64,000 nt of DNA from Bacteroidales bacterium. GTDB taxonomy: Bacteria; Bacteroidota; Bacteroidia; Bacteroidales; UBA7960. Under the pieces are notes generated by a model that saw only the letters and a program-made list of their open reading frames with translations, was not told where the DNA came from and did not search any database. The stretch spans positions 261-64,260 of the forward strand of contig SKVW01000018.1 of NCBI GenBank assembly GCA_007129255.1. The letters are read 5' to 3'. This document shows, piece after piece, positions 19,539-27,980 of this stretch; the first letter of the stretch is position 1; the number at the start of each line of letters is the position of its first letter. The translations under genes were made by a program, and so were the position numbers.

Positions 19539-20153
19539 ATGATGATCATAAAAAGTGCAGAGTTTATAAAAAGTTCATCAGCTCTTTCTGAATGTCCCCG
19601 TGCCCCGTTTCCTGAATATGCGTTTATTGGCCGGTCTAATGTTGGTAAGTCTTCCCTGATCAATATGCTTACCGAAAGCAAGAAGTTGGCCAAAATATCT
19701 TCATCACCCGGGAAGACCAGGCTCATCAATCATTTTTTGATCAACCAATCATGGTATCTTACAGATTTGCCGGGTTTTGGTTTTGCCAAAGTACCGCTTG
19801 CCGTCAAGCGCAAGTGGGAGCATTTGATCATGAATTACCTGTTGAAAAGGGAAAACCTGGTATGTTCCTTTTTTCTGGTTGACATGCGGCACGAACCCCT
19901 GAAAAATGACCTGATTTTTCTGGAATGGCTGGGCAGGAAGCAATTGCCTTTTTGCCTGGTTTTTACCAAGGCAGATAAACTGAGTTCTTCCAACCAAAAC
20001 AAGAACCTTCACCGTTATTTAAAAGAGCTTGCCTTGCAATGGGAACCACTACCTCCGTTTTTTGTAAGCAGTAGCGAAACCGGGCAGGGTAGGGAGGAGA
20101 TCCTGAAATTTATCAATGACTGCAACAAGGATTTCAAACCTGTTATCATTTAG
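19539..20153 (+). CDS. engB: Ribosome biogenesis GTPase YihA/EngB
   Basis: G1 motif GRSNVGKSSLIN, G3 motif DLPGFG, G4 motif TKADK; about 200 aa. Confidence 0.9.
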   Translation: MMIIKSAEFIKSSSALSECPRAPFPEYAFIGRSNVGKSSLINMLTESKKLAKISSSPGKTRLINHFLINQSWYLTDLPGFGFAKVPLAVKRKWEHLIMNYLLKRENLVCSFFLVDMRHEPLKNDLIFLEWLGRKQLPFCLVFTKADKLSSSNQNKNLHRYLKELALQWEPLPPFFVSSSETGQGREEILKFINDCNKDFKPVII

Positions 20154-20163
20154 TCTCCGGCTT

Positions 20164-21186
20164 TTATCGGGGCCGGAAACGGGATAAGTTAAGGATCTTC
20201 CTGGAGTCGGTTTCTGCCATCAGTTCGCCCAGGGTTACCCCGGGGTTTCGCCGCATGTATTCCCTTACGATTTGCCAGCCGATCCAGGCGGCTGTCCTTG
20301 GGGGAGAGTTTCTGGAAAAGGGGGCAGTAAAGGGCGCATCACCAATAAACTTATTGATCATCTGCCGGTCGGTATCGTATATCAGATCATTGTCAAGGAA
20401 ATAAGACCATACCATTCCCTGGTTATTTTGCATCCAGCGGTTTTGAATATCCGAATAGGCCACTTTAAGTGAATCGGCAAATTCGGGGAGCATGCAATCA
20501 ACGAAATACAACACCCTCCCTTCATAAATCATAAAATCCAGCAAAGTTTCCGGGCCCTGCTCTGTTTTTTGCAGATATTCTTCAGCCAATATTTTCATCA
20601 CGTCCACTTCCACAAAATCCGGTGTCATTCGCAAGGTCTGGTATTTCGGTATTCCAACTCTTCCATAATTGATATAGTCTTCTCCCAGGTACATGTCCAG
20701 TCCGATAATAAGATGATTGCCTGCATGTTTAATGGGCATTTCATAGTCCAAACCCGATATATAAGAATAAATCCTGGGAATATTTTCCTCAGGGAAATGG
20801 TACCGGTAATATCTGAAGGCCTTTGTAAGGGAGCTTTCCAGTGAATTTAAATGCGGCCATACTTCTTTGGTGTCATGGTAAAGCTCAATTAACAGGGGGT
20901 CGGTTATGTAATCATAAAGCTGTTGCTGACCCATAGGGGTTTCTATATCTTCACCCAGAAAAAATCTAAACTCTTCAATATGTGGGTCAATCTCCTCCCT
21001 GAGCCGAAAGGGGTTGATGTTAAAAAGCACCTCTTCGTAGCGGCTGATTTGGATGGGGTCGATCTCTACATCCGAAATATCTGCCTGGTAGTGTGGTCTG
21101 CGGCTGCAATGTGTAATGGATAAAAAACAAAACAGGAGAAATGGGGTTAAAACTAACAACCATACTCTTGGAAAGGAAAACTTCAT
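20164..21186 (-). CDS. gldB: Gliding-motility lipoprotein GldB-like
   Basis: It has a signal peptide with a lipobox-like Cys (LSITHCS). The length and overall pattern resemble GldB, including the C-terminal AAWIGWQIVREYMRRNPGVTLGELM...SRFRPR. Confidence 0.65.
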   Translation of the reverse strand: MKFSFPRVWLLVLTPFLLFCFLSITHCSRRPHYQADISDVEIDPIQISRYEEVLFNINPFRLREEIDPHIEEFRFFLGEDIETPMGQQQLYDYITDPLLIELYHDTKEVWPHLNSLESSLTKAFRYYRYHFPEENIPRIYSYISGLDYEMPIKHAGNHLIIGLDMYLGEDYINYGRVGIPKYQTLRMTPDFVEVDVMKILAEEYLQKTEQGPETLLDFMIYEGRVLYFVDCMLPEFADSLKVAYSDIQNRWMQNNQGMVWSYFLDNDLIYDTDRQMINKFIGDAPFTAPFSRNSPPRTAAWIGWQIVREYMRRNPGVTLGELMAETDSRKILNLSRFRPR

Positions 21187-21299
21187 GGCTTTAAATTAAT
21201 ATGTTTTTTCTTTGAACACCAAAATCGGAAGATTGGCGTTAATGCTAAAATGAAAAATAATGGTTAATATTGTATCCCTTAAAATTTAATGTCAAAAAT

Positions 21300-21953
21300 A
21301 TGAAAAAAATTGTGTTCACCTTTTTAATAATGGTGGTTGTAATGCCAACGCTTCTTGCTTCGGATACACCGCCTTTTCGTTTTGGTCTGAAAGCTTCACC
21401 CAACATTTCATGGATGCGTCCCGAAACCCGTGACTATGAGTCACAAGGCGCTCGTATGGGCTTTTCCTATGGCGCAATCGGCGACTTCCACCTGGGAGGC
21501 AATTATGCTTTGTCCACCGGGCTCAACATTACCTATACAGGGGGCAGGCTCAGTTATCCTGTCGATGAAGGCCGGAAGGAAAGAACTTACAAACTTCAGT
21601 ACCTTGAATTACCTCTGACCGTAAAAATGCGGACAGATGAAATAGGGTATATAACTTATTACGGGAAGTTTGGGTTTGGTGCCGGGGCCAACTTAAGGGC
21701 CACAGCCGATGACCGGTTGGCCAATATTACCGAGGAAGATGTTGATATTAAGAGAGACACTCCCCTGATGAGGGCTTCCCTGATCATTGGTTTAGGAATT
21801 GAATATTCCTTAGGGGGCAATACAGCCCTTGTGGGTGGGTTAACCTTTAATAACGGATTTACCAATGTCCTCCAGGGCCGAAATGAGGTTTCAGACCGCA
21901 AAAAAAGTGCGGTTTCAAACTATCTTGAGATTACTTTCGGGGTCATGTTTTAA
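21300..21953 (+). CDS. Outer-membrane beta-barrel (porin-family) protein
   Basis: A signal peptide (MKKIVFTFLIMVVVMPTLLAS), alternating amphipathic beta-strand pattern, and a C-terminal aromatic residue (...ITFGVMF). The ATG at 21300 is preferred over the TTG at 21270. Confidence 0.65.
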   Translation: MKKIVFTFLIMVVVMPTLLASDTPPFRFGLKASPNISWMRPETRDYESQGARMGFSYGAIGDFHLGGNYALSTGLNITYTGGRLSYPVDEGRKERTYKLQYLELPLTVKMRTDEIGYITYYGKFGFGAGANLRATADDRLANITEEDVDIKRDTPLMRASLIIGLGIEYSLGGNTALVGGLTFNNGFTNVLQGRNEVSDRKKSAVSNYLEITFGVMF

Positions 21954-21980
21954 TTTTATTTTTTTGAATTTTTCATCTCC

Positions 21981-22010
21981 CAAACCGGGGGATGGTTTGT
22001 TATTATTTTT
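21981..22010 (+). terminator. Possible rho-independent terminator after the beta-barrel gene
   Basis: CAAACC (21981-21986) pairs with GGTTTG (21994-21999) around a 7-nt loop, followed by TTATTATTTTT. Confidence 0.4.
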
Positions 22011-22019
22011 CATTAAAAG

Positions 22020-22166
22020 ATGAAACATCCATGATCAACTTTAAACTCACATGAGGATGTTTATTTAAAAAAAAAGAACGTCATTCCAAAAGAAAAAAGT
22101 TAATTGTAGATGTTCTCCCGCATGGGCGGGACAGGCTTCTGTCAATATTAATCGAATAATAAACAG
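22020..22166 (+). repeat. Dispersed noncoding repeat, copy A (~147 bp)
   Basis: It aligns by eye along its full length with 22276-22417 and in part with 47482-47594. It contains GCATGGGCGGGACAGGC (22120-22136), which is identical in copy C. It begins with ATGAAAC and is followed by ATGAAAG. Confidence 0.8.
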
Positions 22167-22275
22167 ATGAAAGCCGGGATATTGCTGGTGAAACTCCTCT
22201 GTGGAACTCAGTGTTACAAAAATATTACACAGAGACCCGCAGAGATATCATAGAGAAACACAGAGAAGAGCATAC
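22167..22275 (+). repeat. Core between repeat copies A and B with phased CRYAGAGA direct repeats
   Basis: The repeats are CACAGAGA (22228), CGCAGAGA (22238), CATAGAGA (22249) and CACAGAGA (22259), spaced 10, 11 and 10 bp. The inverted partner CTCTGTG lies at 22197-22203. Confidence 0.7.
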
Positions 22276-22417
22276 ATGAAACCTCCATGATTAAATTTAA
22301 ACACACGGGAGGATGATTATTTGGAAAAAGAATGTTATCCAAAAAAAAAGTTAATTGTAGATGTTCCCCAGCAATGGCAGGACAGGCATGTACCTGACTT
22401 AATCAAATTATTAACAC
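22276..22417 (+). repeat. Dispersed noncoding repeat, copy B (~142 bp), abutting the nadE start codon
   Basis: It is a direct repeat of 22020-22166. It begins with ATGAAAC and ends immediately before the nadE ATGAAG. Confidence 0.8.
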
Positions 22418-24073
22418 ATGAAGATTGCCCTTTCACAATTTAATGCCCACGTTGGCCATTTCGGGTACAATGTTTCCCGGATGATTTCTTCCCTTGAGTC
22501 TGCCCGAAAGCAAGGTGCTGACCTGGTAGTTTTTTCAGAAATGTCGGTTTGCGGTTACCCGCCCAAAGATTTACTGGAAACAGATGAATTTATCCAGAAA
22601 TGTCTGGAGGGTTTAGTGGAAGTTGCCACGCATTGTCAGGATATTGCAGCCATTGTTGGAAGCCCCTCTTTAAACAAGGAAGGAAGAGGCAAACGGCTTT
22701 ACAATTCGGCTTTTTTTCTTTATGGCGGCAAGGTCAGGCAAGTTTACAACAAGGCTTTGTTGCCAACCTATGATGTATTTGAAGAGTACCGTTATTTTGA
22801 ACCGGCCACAAATTTTCGGGTGGTAGCATTTAAAGGAAAAAAAATAGCATTAACCGTGTGCGAAGATATCTGGAACCTTGACAATTTCGCTTTGTATCCT
22901 TCCACCCCGATGGATATTCTCATTAAACAAGAGCCCGACCTGATGATCAATATCGGGGCATCCCCCTTTGCCTGGAGTCGGGTGGAAGAACGCATGGAGG
23001 TTTTTACCGAAAATGCCCGCAAATATCAATTGCCCCTGTTTTATGTCAATCAGCTTGGTGGGCAAACCGACCTGATCTTTGACGGGGGTTCCTGTGTTAT
23101 TAATTCAAAAGGGAAATTGGTTGGTTCCTTAGGTTATTTCAAGGAAGACCTTCGAATTTTTGATCTTCAGGATGTGGAAAAACAACAGGGCCTCCCTGTT
23201 TCTCCGCTCAATGGAGAAGAAGAGAAAAACTCACTGTTATATGACGCCCTGGTTATGGGCGTGCGTGATTATTTCAGAAAATCGGGAATAAAAAAGGCCA
23301 TACTTGGGTTATCCGGGGGGCTGGACTCCGCCCTAACCCTGGTAATTGCTTCCGAAGCACTCGGTAGGGAAAATCTGTGGGCCGTTTTGCTTCCCGGTCC
23401 TTTCAGTTCAGATCATTCGGTAAAGGATGCTGTACAACTGGCCGATAACCTGGGCGTTAAATATGATGAACTATCCATCAATGAGGTGGTGAGCTCTTTT
23501 GAAGATTCGCTAAAACCTTTTTTTAAGGATCTTCCCCCCGATATTGCCGAGGAAAATATTCAAGCCCGGGCCCGGGCCGCAATGTTGATGGGGTTAAGTA
23601 ACAAGTTCGGTCATATGTTGCTCAATACCTCTAACAAAAGTGAAGCGGCAGTGGGTTATGGAACCTTGTATGGAGATATGTGCGGAGGACTTTCGGTAAT
23701 TGGCGATCTTTATAAAACAGAAGTCTTTAGCCTGGCAAGATATATTAACCGCGAACAGGAGATCATTCCGGAAAATACCCTTGAAAAACCGCCATCCGCA
23801 GAATTGAAAGCCGATCAGAAAGATGCCGATGCACTTCCTGAATACCATATTCTGGACCCGATCCTTTTTCAGTATATTGAAAAAAAAATGAGTCCGCAGC
23901 AAATTGTGGAAGATGGCAATGAGGCTGCTCTGGTGGAGAAAATCATCAGGCTTGTTGACGGAAGTGAATTCAAAAGACACCAATCACCGCCGGTTTTAAG
24001 AGTATCGCAAAAAGGGTTTGGCGCAGGAAGAAAACTCCCGCTGGTAGCTAAATTTCCTTCTTCCTGGAAATAA
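22418..24073 (+). CDS. nadE: Glutamine-dependent NAD+ synthetase
   Basis: An N-terminal nitrilase/CN-hydrolase domain (FSEMSVCGYP, LTVCEDIW) and a C-terminal NAD synthetase domain with the PP-loop LGLSGGLDSA. Confidence 0.95.
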   Translation: MKIALSQFNAHVGHFGYNVSRMISSLESARKQGADLVVFSEMSVCGYPPKDLLETDEFIQKCLEGLVEVATHCQDIAAIVGSPSLNKEGRGKRLYNSAFFLYGGKVRQVYNKALLPTYDVFEEYRYFEPATNFRVVAFKGKKIALTVCEDIWNLDNFALYPSTPMDILIKQEPDLMINIGASPFAWSRVEERMEVFTENARKYQLPLFYVNQLGGQTDLIFDGGSCVINSKGKLVGSLGYFKEDLRIFDLQDVEKQQGLPVSPLNGEEEKNSLLYDALVMGVRDYFRKSGIKKAILGLSGGLDSALTLVIASEALGRENLWAVLLPGPFSSDHSVKDAVQLADNLGVKYDELSINEVVSSFEDSLKPFFKDLPPDIAEENIQARARAAMLMGLSNKFGHMLLNTSNKSEAAVGYGTLYGDMCGGLSVIGDLYKTEVFSLARYINREQEIIPENTLEKPPSAELKADQKDADALPEYHILDPILFQYIEKKMSPQQIVEDGNEAALVEKIIRLVDGSEFKRHQSPPVLRVSQKGFGAGRKLPLVAKFPSSWK

Positions 24074-24131
24074 AAAAGGCCATTGATCCTGCAAAAAAAT
24101 TACCGGAAAAACGGCCTTTGATTTTTTAAAA

Positions 24132-24389
24132 TTAAACGGTAATATTCAGTGCTTCAACAGCCTGAATTTCCGGGATGGCTTTTTTCATGGCTTGCTCCAC
24201 ACCGGATTTCAGGGTCATGGTACTCATGGGGCAGGAACCGCATGCGCCCAGCAACTCCACCACTACCACATTATCATCTGTTAACTCAACAAAACGTATA
24301 TCGCCACCATCGGCCTCGAGGTAGGGGCGAATCTGGTCAATAACATTTTCCACTTTTTTTTGCAATTCTATTCTTTTGGGATCGTTCAT
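24132..24389 (-). CDS. NifU C-terminal-domain (Nfu-like) Fe-S assembly protein
   Basis: An 85-aa protein with GGDIRFVEL...LLGACGSCPMSTMTLK (CxxC motif). Confidence 0.85.
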   Translation of the reverse strand: MNDPKRIELQKKVENVIDQIRPYLEADGGDIRFVELTDDNVVVVELLGACGSCPMSTMTLKSGVEQAMKKAIPEIQAVEALNITV

Positions 24390-24433
24390 TTTTATAAAAA
24401 TTTAAATTCAACAATTTCAATTTATGGGCTGAT

Positions 24434-25522
24434 TCAACTGTGTTGGCTTTGCCCGGCTTTGGTGTTTGCCTTGGCTATCTGTCTAACCAGATTGCCTGTA
24501 AGATGTTCAAAAAATGGTTTGGCCGGATGGTCTTCAATAAGCACTGCAGGTTTTCCCTTATCGCCGGCCTCGCGAACTCCCTGTATCAGGGGGATTTGCC
24601 CAAGCAGGGTGATGCCCTGCTCCCTGGCCAAATCTGCTCCGCCATTCTTACCAAAAATATAATACTTGTTTTCGGGTAATTCTGCAGGGGTAAACCAGGC
24701 CATGTTTTCCACAATTCCCAGCACCGGCACCTTTATCTTATCATTGGTAAACATACTTACTGCTTTTCGGGCATCGGCCAATGCCATTTGCTGGGGAGTA
24801 GTTACAATAACCGTACCGGTAAGAGGAATGGTTTGTACAAGAGATAAATGAATGTCCCCAGTTCCGGGCGGCAGGTCAATGATCATGTAATCCAATTCTC
24901 CCCATTGGGTATCCGAAAATAATTGTTTGATAGCGGAAGTTGCCATTGGTCCTCTCCAGATGAGGGCTTTGGCCGGGTCAACAAAAAAACCGATGGAAAT
25001 CAGGGAAACGCCGTACTTTTCAATGGGCAGGATCATATTTTTACCGTTGGATTCCACTACCGAAAGCTCGGCATCTTCTACCTGAAACATCATAGGAATG
25101 GAAGGTCCGTAAAGGTCTGCATCAACCAGCGCAGTGCGCGCTCCCGAGCTTGCAAGAGAAACTGCAAGGTTGGCAGAAACCGTTGACTTTCCCACCCCGC
25201 CTTTACCACTGGCCACGGCAATTATGTTCTTTACACCTTTTAACATGGGGCGGTCTTTACTTCCTGAGGTGCTGGTTTTGGAAGAAAGGATGATGTCTAT
25301 TTGCGCATCAGGGTCCGCAAGGTCATGAATGGCCTTAATGCATGCATTTTTTATGCTTTCTTTCAGGTGGCAGGCGGGTGTTGTTAGTTCCAGGGTAAGC
25401 CGAACCTTTTTGCCGTCAACCTCCAGATCTTTGATCATCCCCAGGCTTACCAGGTCCTTTTTCAGGTCGGGGTCGATTACCTGCCCCAGTGCATTCAATA
25501 CTTTTTCCGTGGTTAACGGCAT
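24434..25522 (-). CDS. apbC: Mrp/ApbC-family Fe-S cluster carrier ATPase
   Basis: An N-terminal DUF59-like segment and the deviant Walker A motif ASGKGGVGKSTVS. It is adjacent to the Nfu-like gene. Confidence 0.9.
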   Translation of the reverse strand: MPLTTEKVLNALGQVIDPDLKKDLVSLGMIKDLEVDGKKVRLTLELTTPACHLKESIKNACIKAIHDLADPDAQIDIILSSKTSTSGSKDRPMLKGVKNIIAVASGKGGVGKSTVSANLAVSLASSGARTALVDADLYGPSIPMMFQVEDAELSVVESNGKNMILPIEKYGVSLISIGFFVDPAKALIWRGPMATSAIKQLFSDTQWGELDYMIIDLPPGTGDIHLSLVQTIPLTGTVIVTTPQQMALADARKAVSMFTNDKIKVPVLGIVENMAWFTPAELPENKYYIFGKNGGADLAREQGITLLGQIPLIQGVREAGDKGKPAVLIEDHPAKPFFEHLTGNLVRQIAKANTKAGQSQHS

Positions 25523-25599
25523 TCTTTATTTTTATTTGGTTTGTGTAAAAATAATACTTTTTTAAAAGGGGGCAATGGGAAAAATAGAAAGGGAATGTT

Positions 25600-25929
25600 T
25601 CAGGCCAGTTCTTTGTTTGGATCCCAGAAGTGTTTGTTAAAATTTGTGATCTGATCATTAATTACAGTAATCCCTTCGTTTTCCAACAGCTGCTTCATGG
25701 TATTTGGCCCACCGAAATGATGTTTACCGGTAAGCACTCCTGCCCGGTTCAAAACCCGGTGTGCAGGGATAAATTCCCCGGGGGCATGAGAATGGTTCAT
25801 TGCCCATCCTACCATGCGGGCCGAGCGGGCGGTTCCCAGGTATTTTGCAATGGCGCCGTAGGTGGTGATACGACCCTGAGGCACCTGTTTTACAACAGCA
25901 TATACCTTTTCAAAAAACGAGGGTTCCAT
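25600..25929 (-). CDS. MGMT-family DNA-binding protein lacking the acceptor cysteine (alkyltransferase-like, ATL)
   Basis: A 109-aa protein with only the MGMT C-terminal domain fold (TTYGAIAKYLG...). The active-site motif reads IPAHRV instead of PCHRV. Confidence 0.75.
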   Translation of the reverse strand: MEPSFFEKVYAVVKQVPQGRITTYGAIAKYLGTARSARMVGWAMNHSHAPGEFIPAHRVLNRAGVLTGKHHFGGPNTMKQLLENEGITVINDQITNFNKHFWDPNKELA

Positions 25930-25931
25930 GC

Positions 25932-26618
25932 TCAGATCATTTCGGGGTTTAAAACAAACTTCAGGTAATGGATGGGAAGATCCTGGGCCAGGTAGATCTT
26001 TTCATAGTAGGTTTGAATTTCCTTTACAAGAGGTTCATAAATTTGGCTTTCCTCACCGTAGAGGTTATAAGTATGGACTAAAAGTCTGTGTTTATTTTGC
26101 CGTATTACCTGCAGGGTGTATTCAAACAAATCCCTGTTATCTGTTTTTAGGTGGATAGGGCTTTTCCTGGTCAATATTTTCCCATATCTTTCCAAAAAGG
26201 CGGGGGAGGTCAATCTTTTCCTTTGCCGGGGTTTCCGGGGCTGGGGATCGGGAAATGTCAGCCAAATGCCCGAAACTTCACCCGGGGCAAAAAAATGGTT
26301 GATCCTTTCGGCCTGAATCCGCAAAAAAGCCACGTTGGGCAGTCCTTCTTCCATGGCTGTTTTGGCACCTCTCCACAAACGCTCTCCTTTAATATCTATA
26401 CCAATGAAGTTTTTCTGCGGGTTGTTCCTCGCCAGTTCAAGGGTATATTCACCTTTTCCGCAACCCAGCTCAAGAATGACGGGAAAGGAATTTCCAAAAT
26501 GACCGCCAGCCCATTTGCCCTTCAGGAAATAGTCGGGCACAGGGTATTTGTCATGTGGCTGAATAACGTTTGGAAAGGAATTGATCTCTCTAAACCTGGT
26601 AAGTTTATTTTTGGCCAC
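25932..26618 (-). CDS. trmB: tRNA (guanine46-N7)-methyltransferase
   Basis: The SAM motif ILELGCGKGEY and FPDPQPRK. The N-terminus (VAKNKLTRF) uses a GTG start. Confidence 0.9.
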   Translation of the reverse strand: MAKNKLTRFREINSFPNVIQPHDKYPVPDYFLKGKWAGGHFGNSFPVILELGCGKGEYTLELARNNPQKNFIGIDIKGERLWRGAKTAMEEGLPNVAFLRIQAERINHFFAPGEVSGIWLTFPDPQPRKPRQRKRLTSPAFLERYGKILTRKSPIHLKTDNRDLFEYTLQVIRQNKHRLLVHTYNLYGEESQIYEPLVKEIQTYYEKIYLAQDLPIHYLKFVLNPEMI

Positions 26619-26648
26619 GACAAAAAAGAGATGTTTGGATTCTGAATT

Positions 26649-27752
26649 TTAACGGTGCAGCACGTAGGCTTCCGGGGCAATTTCCTCTTTTACGGTCCTT
26701 AATTCGGCTTCGGCTTCTGCCAGGTCGTAATAGTAACCGTAGCAAACCCGGTGAAAGCCTGCAGGTGTGCGCATGAAGACACTGGCAAGCATTGCCCCGT
26801 CCTTGCGAAGTTCCAGAGCCAGCTCTTCCGCTTTGTTGGGATTCTCAAAGCTGCCAACCACTATGTAATATACAGGCCTTCCTGGTTCGGGTTTTGGAGG
26901 TTCCACCGAAGGATCCGGGACCGCAGGCTCAAGCTCAGGATCCACCACCTCGGTAACATCTCTTTCGACTTCAATGTCTTCCTCTGGCAATGCTTCCGGT
27001 TCAACCGGATCCACCAACTCTTCCTGAACTACAGGAGTGGCGCGAAAGATGCCCTGGTCTCCAAAAAAGTAGTCAAAATTTAAAGCCAGGATAATGATAA
27101 TCACCAGCAAAGGTACAGCGGTAAAAGCCACCCATTTCAGGGCGGGGGGTAAACCGGCTTTTTGGCTTTTACGGGGTTCGCGAACTGCTTCTTCCCTTTT
27201 GGCCTGGTGATAAGCTACAGCTTTTTTAGGTTTTTCCGCTTCTTTTTCTTCAACAGGCTCCGCTTCTTTTTTTTCTTCTTTACCTGGTTTGGTAGTTTCT
27301 TCGGGTTTGGTTTTTTCGGCAGGCCTTGATGTATCGGTTTTTTCGGGCTCCTTTACACTGGTAAGCCCGGCGGCATCCTGGTTGTAGTTAACCGAAGTGT
27401 CGGGTTCAAAAACAATGTTTCCATCCGGGTCCTGGCTGAAAAGTCCGATTTTTTCCAATTCAACCTTTTTCCCTTTTTTCAGGGAATCGTAAAATTCTTC
27501 CACAAACTTGGAAAGAAAACCTTTTACCTTTTCCTCGTCAAGCTTTTCTTTGGCAGCTATCAGACCAATTAGGGGCGTTTCTCCCTCCTTTTTATCGGGA
27601 TTGAACGCAACGATTTTGGATGGAGGCTCAATCTTTTTCTCTTCGGGGATAAATTTGGCAGGTACATACTTGGTGGTAAATTCACCAAGTCCCGGAAGAA
27701 TTACCGAGTCATGCTCAAAAAGAAGCTCGCTGATATAAATTCCTATCTTCAT
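26649..27752 (-). CDS. HU-like N-terminal domain / SPOR C-terminal domain protein
   Basis: An N-terminal segment (ISELLFEHDSVILPGLGEFTTKYVPAKF), an acidic/Lys-Pro-rich linker, one TM helix, and a C-terminal SPOR-like domain (YYIVVGSFENPNKAEELALELRKDG). Confidence 0.78.
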   Translation of the reverse strand: MKIGIYISELLFEHDSVILPGLGEFTTKYVPAKFIPEEKKIEPPSKIVAFNPDKKEGETPLIGLIAAKEKLDEEKVKGFLSKFVEEFYDSLKKGKKVELEKIGLFSQDPDGNIVFEPDTSVNYNQDAAGLTSVKEPEKTDTSRPAEKTKPEETTKPGKEEKKEAEPVEEKEAEKPKKAVAYHQAKREEAVREPRKSQKAGLPPALKWVAFTAVPLLVIIIILALNFDYFFGDQGIFRATPVVQEELVDPVEPEALPEEDIEVERDVTEVVDPELEPAVPDPSVEPPKPEPGRPVYYIVVGSFENPNKAEELALELRKDGAMLASVFMRTPAGFHRVCYGYYYDLAEAEAELRTVKEEIAPEAYVLHR

Positions 27753-27933
27753 GTGTAATGATTTGTGGTTTAAGGAATAACGGTTGCCTGGTCAAAAAGA
27801 TTATTTTTAGATTTTGAAAAAATAAAAGCCATTGCTTAAAAAAACCTTTTTCCTGAAAAAAATCAACGGGTTTACCAAACAGGTATATACTGGGCTAAAT
27901 TAAAAAAAACAATTCATAAAACACTTATGAATT

Positions 27934-27980
27934 AAAAAAATAAATACCGGATGTTAATAACTAAATAAGGTGATCCGGTA
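27934..27980 (-). terminator. Rho-independent terminator of kdsB
   Basis: TACCGGAT (27945-27952) pairs with ATCCGGTA (27973-27980). The hairpin spans the kdsB stop codon and is followed on the minus strand by TTTATTTTTTT. Confidence 0.55.

Noticed and set aside
22024-22064. Apparent compensatory change between copies A and B in the 5' hairpin (CATCC/GGATG versus CCTCC/GGAGG).
   Set aside because: When the copies are aligned column by column, the 3' pairing partners are offset by about 3 nt. This is not true covariation. It shows only that both copies retain some hairpin potential.
22020-22100. Mini-ORFs inside the repeat copies. On the plus strand these are MKHP*/MKPP* overlapping a second short ORF through ATGA, and AGGAG-ATG short ORFs. 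On the minus strand there is an MPV[PL]P... ORF across the GGGACAGGC core.
   Set aside because: Lengths and stop positions differ among the three copies (3, 13 and 5 codons; 12 versus 30 codons). Substitutions between copies are not biased toward synonymous changes. Copy A lacks the minus-strand ATG. The element is more consistent with noncoding DNA/RNA.
24075-24119. Possible terminator between nadE and the Nfu-like gene (AAAGGCC ... GGCCTTT).
   Set aside because: It has only a 7-bp stem and a 31-nt loop. That is too weak to list as a feature, although T/A runs flank it.
27911-27933. 9-bp inverted repeat AATTCATAA-N5-TTATGAATT between the kdsB terminator and the SPOR-protein promoter. It shares TCATAA/TTATGA half-sites with the prx palindrome.
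   Set aside because: It is AT-rich and the spacer differs from the prx site (5 versus 3 nt). It lies next to a terminator, where extra hairpins are common. There is not enough evidence to call a shared regulon.
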